64,000 nucleotides of DNA from Schizochytrium sp. TIO01 (lineage: Eukaryota; Protista; Bigyra: Labyrinthulomycetes): the NCBI GenBank assembly GCA_004764695.1, contig SMSO01000036.1, positions 682,001 through 746,000 on the forward strand, read 5' to 3'. Of the stretch, positions 51,211 to 61,736 are shown in pieces. Made by a program: the position numbers and the translations under genes. Each line of letters opens with the position of its first letter. Within the stretch, counting starts at the first letter, position 1. The notes beneath the pieces were generated by a model that was not told the DNA's origin, ran no database searches, and worked only from the letters and a program-made list of their open reading frames with translations.

Positions 51211-54200
51211 ATGCTTAGACACGACGATCAACATGGGGAAACGCGGTGGTCATCGCCCACGCCCTCCATGAAAGAGTACTTTCGACCACAAGACTCTAAC
51301 GGAGTAAAGTGGCTGCAGCCAGGTCTTGACAGAATCCGCTCAAATGACCGACGTGCTCAGGAGAAACACTGGCGAGGCCGGAGCCGATTCTTTGAAGCAG
51401 AAGCGAGCCACGCCGCGAGCTTGCCTCCTCGTAGCGCGTGGAAACCCTTAAACTGTTGTGTCCCATTGGAGCTCTTGCTTGAAAACTATAACGTCAAAGT
51501 ACAGCAAGGCCGTCTGCAGCGAGGTATGCTTCTTCATGTGGTCTGGCTTGTGGTTCTCATTACTTTTTTCTTTGCGACCATGGGCGGCAAAGCATCAGCA
51601 CTCATGTTTACAGGATATCAACTCCTTGCGAGCATCGACGCCTCAACATTTGTAACACGATCTTATTTTCGTTTGGGATCATCACAGGAGAGCGATGAGT
51701 TTTTCTCCGCAGAGGAAATTAGCCTTGCGAATTTGCGCCGAATGCAAGATTCAAATGATGATTCCTCTACATCCTCAGAGTGCGACCTTATTGTTTTGTT
51801 ATCAGAGAATGAACTTATCTACAATTATTCGCAGAGAGTTCGTCCATTTGAAACAAATAATTTCCAGGAATATCTTGCGTACTATGCAAATATTCTCGCG
51901 CTTCGTGCATGCCAGCCAAACTCGTCCTCCGGAGTATGTGCATCGAAGTCGTTCCAGAAGCAGCAAAGAAGCACTGTTTTTGAAGGGTCTGAGGCAAGCT
52001 CTTCCTCTTCTTCTTGCCTTGCAGACCCTGCAATGTCAACGCTTGCATTCCCAGATATAAATTTAGTATGTTCTTCTGTTGAACTGGCACCATGGTCAGA
52101 CCTATTCTGCTTCCCTGGCTTTCAGGGTGACATCCAAGAAAGATCAGATGTTCTCAATACCCTGTGGCGAACAGGAGCGTTGTCATCGCCACTTGCAGAC
52201 AATATCACTCTTCATGAAACTCTCGACTCATGTCTCGCTGTGCCATTCGGGGCGCAATCCGGATGTTTTTTAGATATGCATGAATGGCGTAGTTTCTCCT
52301 TAAATACTGCGTTATCAGATGATGACTTTGCTCAACGCATCCAAGGTATCAACTTTACATTACAATTTCAGCATGTGACAGAAACTACGGTAGATCCTCT
52401 CACCTATAAATACACATGGGCTGATCTTAATACGAAAAGTCTAACAACAGCACTCTCTATCGGAAACGTACCACTGACCTCAATGGCAGCTATGCGAATA
52501 TCGTTTCAAGGGAGCCTCACAGGCGCAGTAACAGCCTCGCAACAGGTACTTGTTTATGCTAATCTTAAAATCGCCAAGCCAGATGGAGGTTTGACAGTTG
52601 GTGGTATCATCATGTGTGTAATTGTAGCCCTTGTTGTGACATATATAGCTGTAGATCTTTTTCTACCCCTGGCACTCATCACATGTGCGAGACAAGGGAC
52701 CCGTTCAACACGGTTGAGCCATTACTTTAAGTACTCGTCCCTTTGGAATCTCATGGATCTCGTTCTCCTAATGCTTTATTGCTTCCTTTTAGCCCATATG
52801 GCGCAACATGGTCTTGATACGAGTCATCTATACCCAAACAATATCAATGACGGTTCAACTTGTGCACATGAAAGTTATATTATCAAAATCAACCGAACAA
52901 AGCAAATTGTAGGCCTACTTCTTTTGGCAACCTTTATTCGACTCATGAAGTATATCTCTCTCGTCCCGGCACTCAATATGACATGGCGCGCAATTGTTAA
53001 GGGTTTCTATTACTATTTACCAGCACTTTTGATTTTAGTTGCACTCTGGCTTGTATTTGCCTTTGCAAATCTTATCACGTTGCATAATCACTATGCACAA
53101 TTCAGCAACTATTACGAGGCCCTCCTTTCTGTCATCATCATGCATGTCGATGCAGGAAGCTCTGCCTGGGCATCCCTCATGCACCCTCAGCAGCTTTCCG
53201 GAATGCCATTGGATGTGGCTTCTGATACGGAAGTTCATTTCTTCACCATTTTGTGGATCTTCGAATTTTTTGTTGTCTTTCCATTCACGGCCCTTTCAAT
53301 TTCTGCATTTTATCATGCCATTGTATCAGTAACTGTCGATCACCATCAGAAAAATGAGCAAGCTCGCGCTGACTTCCGTGCCTCGAGGGCTCAAGCTGTG
53401 CTAACCCAACTATATGAAACAAATAATCATGCAATGCTCACATCTCTCAGAGCTGGATCTGGTCATTTCCACCAAAGCCAGCATACCCTGAGTTCTCCAG
53501 AAATTCAGCCTCTGAACCCGTCAACATCTGTACCACCAGGTACACCAGGCCAATCACGGTACCGCGCCGAGGAGGAGGAAGAATACTCTACACGGCTAAA
53601 TAATATCCTTGATACCTATGCGGGGGAAGCTCTACTATCCTCAGAGACACTTGGCAGGCATAATCACGCCAAACCCAAAAGTAAAGGTGCGTTTCATTTT
53701 AATTACCGAAAAACTTGCGCTGCGCTTCACAGAAACATGAGCAAATGTTTTCTGCGCACTAAGCTGTGTTTCCTTAAATCAGAGGCTGCTATCAAAGCAA
53801 CTGCAGACCTTCGAAGACTCCAGAGAAGCCACATTTCGCACAAAGATGCCCTCTACAGGTTGCAAATTTATGCGGCCAGCGCTGAGAATCAGCATAGCGT
53901 GTTCATCAGCTACAATGAAATCGCTGCAGTCATCTCGACTCGTGCCAACGGCAAGCGTAGCTCAGTAACAGAAGACTTGGTCCTTGGAATCATGGATCTT
54001 GTCGGCGCCGGAAATGTGTACTATGAAAACGTAAGGCATCGCCACGAAGGTCGTCGTTATTACCATTTAGTTTCAGGTGGGAACGGTAATAAGCCTTCTG
54101 CGACGGACATTGCTGCTGCAGAGGGCCGTCGCCGGCGTATTACGATCGCTCAATGGCAAGAAGCTTCGTCTGATGCCGTGGATATTCGTGCAATGACCGA

Positions 54201-54342
54201 GAGAATTCATAAACTAGAAGACACTAGTACGATCGCTCTTGGCATCCTAACTCATGATGTACAAACCATTCGAGACCAACAGCATCGCATGCTCAGTAGT
54301 CTTATGAAAATGCGTCACAGCCTCGACAGCATTTCTTCATAA
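51211..54342 (+). CDS. Polycystin-2/TRPP-like cation channel family protein (divergent)
   Basis: 1043-aa ORF: one TM helix, a large Cys-containing extracellular domain, then five TM helices. Motifs YFKYSSLWNLMDLVLL, LLLATFIRLMKYISLVPALNMTWRAIVK and pore-helix-like FSNYYEALLSVI. C-terminal coiled-coil-like RAMTERIHKLED. Confidence 0.78.
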   Translation: MLRHDDQHGETRWSSPTPSMKEYFRPQDSNGVKWLQPGLDRIRSNDRRAQEKHWRGRSRFFEAEASHAASLPPRSAWKPLNCCVPLELLLENYNVKVQQGRLQRGMLLHVVWLVVLITFFFATMGGKASALMFTGYQLLASIDASTFVTRSYFRLGSSQESDEFFSAEEISLANLRRMQDSNDDSSTSSECDLIVLLSENELIYNYSQRVRPFETNNFQEYLAYYANILALRACQPNSSSGVCASKSFQKQQRSTVFEGSEASSSSSSCLADPAMSTLAFPDINLVCSSVELAPWSDLFCFPGFQGDIQERSDVLNTLWRTGALSSPLADNITLHETLDSCLAVPFGAQSGCFLDMHEWRSFSLNTALSDDDFAQRIQGINFTLQFQHVTETTVDPLTYKYTWADLNTKSLTTALSIGNVPLTSMAAMRISFQGSLTGAVTASQQVLVYANLKIAKPDGGLTVGGIIMCVIVALVVTYIAVDLFLPLALITCARQGTRSTRLSHYFKYSSLWNLMDLVLLMLYCFLLAHMAQHGLDTSHLYPNNINDGSTCAHESYIIKINRTKQIVGLLLLATFIRLMKYISLVPALNMTWRAIVKGFYYYLPALLILVALWLVFAFANLITLHNHYAQFSNYYEALLSVIIMHVDAGSSAWASLMHPQQLSGMPLDVASDTEVHFFTILWIFEFFVVFPFTALSISAFYHAIVSVTVDHHQKNEQARADFRASRAQAVLTQLYETNNHAMLTSLRAGSGHFHQSQHTLSSPEIQPLNPSTSVPPGTPGQSRYRAEEEEEYSTRLNNILDTYAGEALLSSETLGRHNHAKPKSKGAFHFNYRKTCAALHRNMSKCFLRTKLCFLKSEAAIKATADLRRLQRSHISHKDALYRLQIYAASAENQHSVFISYNEIAAVISTRANGKRSSVTEDLVLGIMDLVGAGNVYYENVRHRHEGRRYYHLVSGGNGNKPSATDIAAAEGRRRRITIAQWQEASSDAVDIRAMTERIHKLEDTSTIALGILTHDVQTIRDQQHRMLSSLMKMRHSLDSISS

Positions 54343-54878
54343 GCAACAAATACTCATCATGGAGTCATTTTTCTCCATGCCTTCATGAAGATAGTGCATA
54401 TAGCCTACAACATCTAAACATGTGTGTAATTTATTTGATAATGATTTGCGAAAAATTAAATTTTGAACTTATGAGAGTTACAGAACTCATTGATGAGTAG
54501 ATACGGGGTAAAATCTTCTACTAAGGAAACAAAGTCTTCAAAGAAATAGACGCATTAAGAACGGATGGCTCGAGGATGACGGATTATGTTATTTCGTTCT
54601 GATCTCACCCTATAACGTTTCTGGAACAGAGACCCAAGGTAAACTAATTGTATTCTCTATACTGTCTACAATTTAGGGGGAGAAAATTAAACATCATACA
54701 GCTTGGAGTTTATATTTTGCTAGAAGAAGAAAAGAAGAAAAATACTCTTGGCTATAGCACAAGAGTAAGAGTTGACATACAAGTTTCCGGATGAGTTAAT
54801 CAAGAATAAGAAATTAAGAACAGATAGATCGCCAGAAGTGAAAACAAATCTTTTACTACGTTTGATTAGAGCACGAGA

Positions 54879-55452
54879 TCAGGATCAACGAAACTAAGCA
54901 CCGCAGCAAGGACTTGTCCTCACCCCTTGAGTGGCGAGAATAGACCTGCGCGACGGAATTTGCGGGGCCCCGGCAAAAGCTGGGCGCCGATGGTTCGAGC
55001 AAACCAGCGAACAAAAAGAGCAAAGGAGAAGAGTCCTTTTGTTCCCTAGAATGCAGAGCCCCCGACGGCCACTCTTGCGCGACGGCGTGTCGGCTCGGAC
55101 CCCAAGAAGCCCGACACTTGATAAAACGAGCAGACTACAATGATACCGCTCTCGAGGAGAACGAGCCTCGCGCAGACTCTTCGAGAGCACCATCACTGCA
55201 GCCTGAACCCTTCAATACCCTCCGATTATAGTGAGCACCTCCAGGTCCACGCTGCCCTAAATTGCCTCTATGAGATTAGTTTGGCCACCTCATTCTATCA
55301 TCCATCATTCAGGCTAGCTGTTCTCCCTGTGCCCTAGAGCACAAGGGATTACTGGCATGTCTGTCTTGTAGAGGATACAATAAGATAATCTCCCCAACCC
55401 CATAAAGCAAACACTCAGACACTCATAAGGTCTCTCCAGTCGTTCTCATCAA
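54879..55452 (-). ncRNA. Candidate structured RNA (~575 nt) downstream of RPS14; a separate ncRNA or a structured 3' UTR
   Basis: Consecutive stems cover most of the interval, including a 27-position hairpin (55133-55203) with five G-U pairs valid only on the minus strand. TTGATGA at the 5' end and CTGA at the 3' end. Confidence 0.55.
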
Positions 55453-55547
55453 CATCACCAAACAGCGAACGAAATCGCCGAATTGACAAAGTGGCGAAGA
55501 AGACTGTAGAAATACATGAGGCTCCGAGAGTCGTAAAAAGAGGCAAC

Positions 55548-56003
55548 TTAGAGACGGCGACCGCGCTTACCACCCTTACGGCGGGTGCTATCGTGGGGGA
55601 TGGGGGTGACATCCTCAATGCGGCCGATGGTCATGCCAGCACGGGCAAGAGCACGCATGGCGGACTGGGCACCGGGTCCGGGGGTCTTGGTCTTGGAGCC
55701 ACCGGTGGCACGGAGCTTGATGTGGAGGGCGGTGACGCCGAGGTCCTTAAGACGGGCGGCAACGTCCTGGGCGGCAAGCATGGCAGCGTAGGGGGAAGAC
55801 TCATCGCGATCAGCCTTGACCTTCATACCACCGGTGACGCGGACGAGGGTCTCGCGGCCGGAGATATCAGTGACATGGACGAAGGTGTCGTTGAAGGAGG
55901 CGAAGATGTGGGCCACGGCAAAGAGGTGCTCGTTCTCACGGCGGTTGGGGCCGAGGGTCGTCTTCTCCTCGACGGCGGCGCCCTTCTTCTTGATGCTGGC
56001 CAT
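55548..56003 (-). CDS. RPS14: 40S ribosomal protein S14 (uS11), 151 aa
   Basis: [25 protein letters not shown]...[25 protein letters not shown]...[26 protein letters not shown]. The ATG at 56003 gives the canonical length. Confidence 0.99.
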   Translation of the reverse strand: MASIKKKGAAVEEKTTLGPNRRENEHLFAVAHIFASFNDTFVHVTDISGRETLVRVTGGMKVKADRDESSPYAAMLAAQDVAARLKDLGVTALHIKLRATGGSKTKTPGPGAQSAMRALARAGMTIGRIEDVTPIPHDSTRRKGGKRGRRL

Positions 56004-57622
56004 CTTGCTGCTGCTTGCGGTTGCTGACAACGAAAGCGGAGGCGAGTAGTTCTCTGATTGTTTGCAGCTCTTCTCCTCTCCTGCCTTCTCCTTAGCCTTC
56101 GTTAGCCTCCTCGGTGCCACTCATTCGCTTAAAGCACTATTCTTCACTTGTGAGGGCAATTACTCGACTTACGAGAAGGTATACTGCACTTGCCTCAAGA
56201 TTTATACCTACTTGTACAAGTGAAACAAACTTTGGCGCATTAGCTCGAGGGGCAGAGGAGAAAAGAGAATAAAAGAGCTTTTTAAACAAGAACAAACTGA
56301 AGTCTTTACAGATAGCTACAGTAAACTAATAGAAAACATACGCAGTGGGGAAGAGGGGGAGAGACTAAGACCTGGCTATACAGTCACTAAGGGTAAATCG
56401 CTACCTTAGCATAGGTTAATGAAGAGATAGAGAGAAGGGAAGTATTAGTGTTTAAGATAGGAAGCATTATCAGAGCGACGAACCACTCATTTAGGGAAAG
56501 TAAAGAACAGCCTTAAAGTTTATCTCGTAAAAATATGGTCCATCATAAGTAAACATCCCTCAACTGTATTATAGAAGGTACCTTAAAGTGGTTGAAAGGC
56601 TCGCGTCCACGAATTTGAGTTGTATATACCTTAAGTAATCATCATAACCATAGAGCTTCATTAAGGTGGCAGACTGAGTCGGAAGAACACTCAATACTTT
56701 TCAGTGATGAAAGGAGACAGTGGCTACTCTCGGATTTACTCCAAATCCCAAGTATTTAATATAGACACAAAAACTAAGTTATTTGATTATTACAATATGA
56801 AGAACTCTTATTTCGGGTAAATTGATAATGAGAGGCGGTAGAAGTAGAACATGAGGAAATGAATATGATCACTACCAGTAGGTGGAAAGAGGTAGGAGAC
56901 GTAAAGGCAGGTAGTAGTAAATGGACTTAGCACTTGAGAGATCCGTTGATGGCGAAGGTGCACACCGTAGCAAGGGTTGAAACTGCGAGGTTGCAGAGTT
57001 GAGAATGCAAAAAGAAAAAAGGTTCGCTCGAGAAAGAATACTTTGATATGTTTTTCCAGTTCATAAAGAGATACTTGGGAAATTCGCTTGAGGGCAGAGT
57101 TATAAATCGAATATTATATTGATGAAACAAACGCATACGTGCACGCGCTGTAGAACAAAGGAGGCTCTTGCTAGGTACTTTAAAAAAAACAAAAAAAACA
57201 TCTCAAGTTCTACCGTTCTCGTGTAAAATACTGACGCAGGTCCTATCTGCAAGTTTGCCCCATATCTGTGTACTTCAGGTTTTTGGCGGGTGCCTACAAA
57301 ACAGCAGCACTAAAAACTGCGACGGCTGCGTAGGCTGTGCAGCCTGTGTAGGCGCGTGTTCTGCAACAGCTAGCGAGCGCTTTACCAGTGAATGCAATTG
57401 AAGAAAGCTCTCGGGGGATTAAACCTTGGTGTTATCACTGTAAACAAATCTGCATTAGCACCCATTTCTTGTAATTCACAATTTGAGCTTTAGTGCAACC
57501 TCCCTCCATCTGAGTTTCGAAGGCTTGCGAGGGATCAGCGGCGCAGCCTCTACGGCTTTACACCATCGTGAAAACATCTTGGCAGCAACAATAAAATCTC
57601 TAAAAAAAAAAGTATAGCTAAT

Positions 57623-60600
57623 ATGGAGCCGGACTTCGAAAACCAAGGCGAAATGCACTCCAGCGACGTTGATGATATGGACCACCATGGGCAGGCTTTG
57701 GTAAGTTATTCATTAGTATATGATCATGCACTTTCCCGGCAAGTACTAACTAGCAAATTCTCTTGTGAATGGGAATCGCTTCAATTTGACTCAAAACTTC
57801 AATTCCAAAATTCTGTTTCTTCTTTGAAAACCTTGCCCTAACAGATGCTGCGATGGAGCTTTGGTCTTAATAAAGACGTTCGAGGAGGCGTACACAACCT
57901 TTCTGATGACAATCGTAACGTAAGTTCAATTTCTCACATTATAAGCTTGCACGTGGATCCAACAAGAGACTAATCTTTGCATAAACTTAACAGGTTGTAT
58001 TCTATGTGAGTGCACATACCGGAGTACTCTATGATTACGTACACCGAAGGCAAACACTTCTCCAGGGTCACTGCAATCCAATTACAAGCTGTGCTGTAAG
58101 TGCCGATAAGCGCTGGATTGTGACAGCTGACGCAGGATCTGATTCCATGGTTGTAGTATGGGACTCATACTCTGGTACACCAATTAAAACCATCTTTACA
58201 CCTCATGCAAATGGAGTTACAGCAGTTGATCTTTCACCTGATGCAATGCTCATTGCCACACTCGGTGAGACCAGTGCTGGCTTGCAGGAAGTTTCTGTGT
58301 GGGAGTGGACGGTAGATCATGATGGAGCACTCTACACTCGAGCATGCCCAACTGCACCTGTAGAACCGCAAACCTCTCCATCTACAGGTAGCCCAGCTTC
58401 CACTCCAAAATCCTCTGCCCGCAGTAGTAATCACACAGACACGAGTAAGAACCGAATTCCAAGCAAATACACCTACACCAGCATCCAATTTAATGGCGGA
58501 GATGTTCACGAATTTATTACAACCTCCCCACAGCGTGTAACATTTTGGTCGTGGGCAGCTCACAAACTTGAGTTTCGGACACCAGCCCCTCTTGAGGTAG
58601 CTGACTTTGGAGCGAAGATCGGTGATTTCACCCATAGTATCTTTCTTTACCCCACTCATAGCAAGCACAGCGGCCCAGCCCGAGCAGTGTCCGGCACTAC
58701 CGAAGGCAACCTGGTCTTGTGGGAAGTCATTTCTGGTGCTGATGGTGCAAGTGTAGCTAAGGACAATGACGCCTTCGTTGATGAGCTAACCATCGAGACA
58801 AAAACAACCACAATGTCTGATATGCCTGCCCGCGTTGGTGTCAAGGTCGTCAAGCTCAACCGTAATGGTGGGATTCCATTCATGACCATGTGTGATGACC
58901 TTTTAGTTGTTTGCGGGACGGACGAGAGTGTGCGCTTTTACGATATGGATTTCCGCATCGTTGCATGGTACGAAGATCTTGAAGCAGGACCAATCAATAG
59001 CGTTTCATTTGCAAATACATCACAACTTCATTACATAGATGTCCCAGTAAATGAGGCATCTCAAGCGGCTGTTGCGGACCAACCTCAGATGGGAGATTCC
59101 GGTAGTGTGCCTGGACCTCCAAACTCTCGCCGCAAAAGTATCAAGCATGGCCTTCCAGACTTTGTTGTTGGTTCAACAAGAGCCTTGCTTGTTGGTGTTG
59201 ATGCAGCGATTTTTGACGAACCCTCCTCTGATAACCGTCATGGAACTCTATTACTTCAAGGATTTGATGGTGATATTGCAGCTCTTTGTACACACCCAAT
59301 GGAATCATATTTTGTAGCTGTCTCCAAGAATGGTGTCTTACAGGGGTGGGACTATGAGGAACACCGCTTAGAAATTGTGAAGGTTTTGCATCCGGATGAC
59401 AATCCATCATGTCTTGCCTTTTCCCCAGATGGTGCATTTTTAGCGGTGGGATTCGCCAATGGCATGGTCCGTCTTCTTCGCTGGGGGACCACGCATGATC
59501 TGGCAGAAGTGGCATGTTTTCAAATTTGCCATGGCATCGGTCTCACGAAGATCAAGTTCTCTCTCGACGGTCGCTTCTTGGGAGTCGCTGATCTTGAAAA
59601 CGCTGTAGGAATCTATCGATTTATCGCTAGTGATGTAGTTAGCGCTAATGGGCAGGCCTTCACAAGCGTGGATCACATGCGAGTTAATCGAGGCAAACGT
59701 AAAGGCGAGGCTGGGCCTGGGCTTGAACCTGGTGATGGAAGTGAGCCTCGAAATGGTTGGACATACCTTGGTCGCTACATTAGTCACACCGCCCCAGTGA
59801 CATGTTTAACGTTTGGTCTTTCTGCAGAGGGCAACAATCGTTTCTTTTCAACTGCTTGTGATGGCACGCTAGTTGAATATGACCTCGACAAAAGCTCTGT
59901 GGTAGATGGAATTCAGCTTGTAGCCGACCCAGCAATTATTGAGCAAGGAAATGCATATGCAACCTGCTGTGTCGTGCAGGCTGCTACGCGCGAATCACGA
60001 GAAGATACTGTAATATGCTCAAACTCAGCCTACAAACTTAAGGTTTTCAACTCAAGCACATATGGCTGCCGAAAGACAACTCTTGGGCCTACTTTTGGAG
60101 GACCCATCACAAATATGGAGGTTCTTGGTCGAAAAGTTGGCAGCAGGGAACGTGATGTCACTTTGAATTACCTTGCCTATACTACTGATGAAAAGGTTAT
60201 TGGCTTAGTGAAGATGCCTTTGGATGGTAATCCTTTTAAAAGTATGGGACTTATCGCTCACCCTGGTGAAATTTCTGGATTTGCAGTCTCGTTTGACGGA
60301 CGGTTTTTGATCACTGCTGGCGGATCGGATATGGCAATTAACCTGTGGACAGTCAATACAGCAGCTCTTGACGTTGCTGCAATGTCGTCTGGGAACATCC
60401 CTTCCGTAACAGGAGTACCAAAATCCCTCCTACCTTATATGCCTCTGCTTGACCCTACCTCGTATCCACCGGGAGAGCGGAGCGCCGTCTATGAAGATAT
60501 TGTCGATTTCTTCTACTATGCTCAAATTCGTTGTCAAGGTGAGGAAACTACCTCGCCTCGACGGGCAGAAGGCACTATTCCGCTTCATGAGATCTCAAAC

Positions 60601-61041
60601 TTTATGCGTGCTCTTAGCTTCTACCCGACAGAACAACAGATCGAGGATATGTGTTCAGAGATTCGCTACTCCGATTTCGTCAACAGCGCACAGACTAAGG
60701 ATCGTATCAATTTGGAGGATCTGGTTCGACTTTATCTTAATCATCGTCCGGTTGTTGGTCCAACCCTTGATGAGATTCAGGCCGCCTTTGCAACCATTGA
60801 AGCTGCGCAGCCTCAGGATTCCATTTCTACTAAACTGAATTGGAACGCTTTGCAAAGTTACTTGGCCGATTACGCAGAGACGATGCCTTCAACAGAGCTT
60901 CAGAGTTACCTAACAATGCTGATTGGACGTTCGGCAGTAGAAGCCCTAAAGCCATCTTCAAAAATCACTCCAGAACAGTTTTGCTCTGAAGTTTTGGGAC
61001 TGTTTGAAAATCGCATCGAAGATCTTGAAACGTATTCTTAG
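57623..61041 (+). CDS. CFAP251: Cilia- and flagella-associated protein 251 (WDR66); exons 57623-57700, 57845-57919, 57994-61041 (~1066 aa)
   Basis: WD40 repeats starting LRWSFGLN..VHNL / FYVSAHTGVLYD..QTLLQGHCNPI. Family motifs CRKTTLGPTFGGP, LPLDGNP-like MPLDGNPFKSMGLIAHPGE, DFFYYAQIR and EF-hand-like MRALSFYPTEQQIEDM...YLNHRP. Confidence 0.92.
57701..57844 (+). other. CFAP251 intron 1 (phase 0)
   Basis: GTAAGT...CTAACAG; the frame is preserved. Confidence 0.85.
57920..57993 (+). other. CFAP251 intron 2 (phase 0)
   Basis: GTAAGT...GACTAAT...TTAACAG; joins DNRN to VVFYVSAHTG in frame. Confidence 0.9.
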
Positions 61042-61736
61042 GCGTTTGTTTCCTCACGCCATTTCTCACATCTTGTGATTTCCATTCGTGTTTTTGCTTG
61101 CTACCCAACTGCATGTTACGATCCACGTCACCAATCCAATTCTTTCACTTCTGCAAGTACCAGTGACACATTGTAGATACAGTCTGTTTCATATTACTAG
61201 CCCACTAAAATCGCCAGCTCTATACGCCATAGGAATACTTAGGAAAAAAACAACAACATATACAAATTCTCTTCATCCTCTCGACCAACTCTGACTGTCC
61301 TTCCTCCCTCCCTGCATTGGTCCACAAACCAAGTACAATATTGTCATTTATCACCAACGGCACGCATTTATCCGGCGCAGTCCAGCGCCGATATCTGACA
61401 CCTTTTACTAAGCTGGTTCATCGTTCCTTTGTAAGATCTATTTTCTAGGCTAGGATCTCACCTTAAGAGGGGGATAGCTGGCTGCTAGCAGTGAGAGTAG
61501 AAGTAAATACTAATAGAAAGATACGAAATAAAACGGGAAAGAAAGAGGAGAGAACTCCAAAGAAGTATCCATGCAAACCCAAATCTGTCCCGCGAAGATT
61601 TTGCGGGCGAGGTTCTGAGCTGAGGCTCGAAGGAAGGCAGTCATAAATCGTGAGCGAGGTTTGTGTGCAAGGTTCAAGAGATATTTTAGGGTCGCTGTAG
61701 GGTAGATAGCTGGGCAGAAGTAAACTTGGGGGAAAG

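Noticed and set aside
55503-55534. Minus-strand ACGAC...ATTTCTACAGT resembling the U3 GAC box and box A just after the RPS14 stop
   Set aside because: Box A' (TACTT) and GGATC are missing and there is no room for a promoter. This is not enough to call the downstream element U3.
55491-56120. Plus-strand ORFs over RPS14 and the 39-aa upstream extension of the RPS14 ORF
   Set aside because: The plus-strand ORFs are antisense shadows of a codon-biased gene. The extension starts at GTG, and the ATG at 56003 gives the canonical 151 aa.
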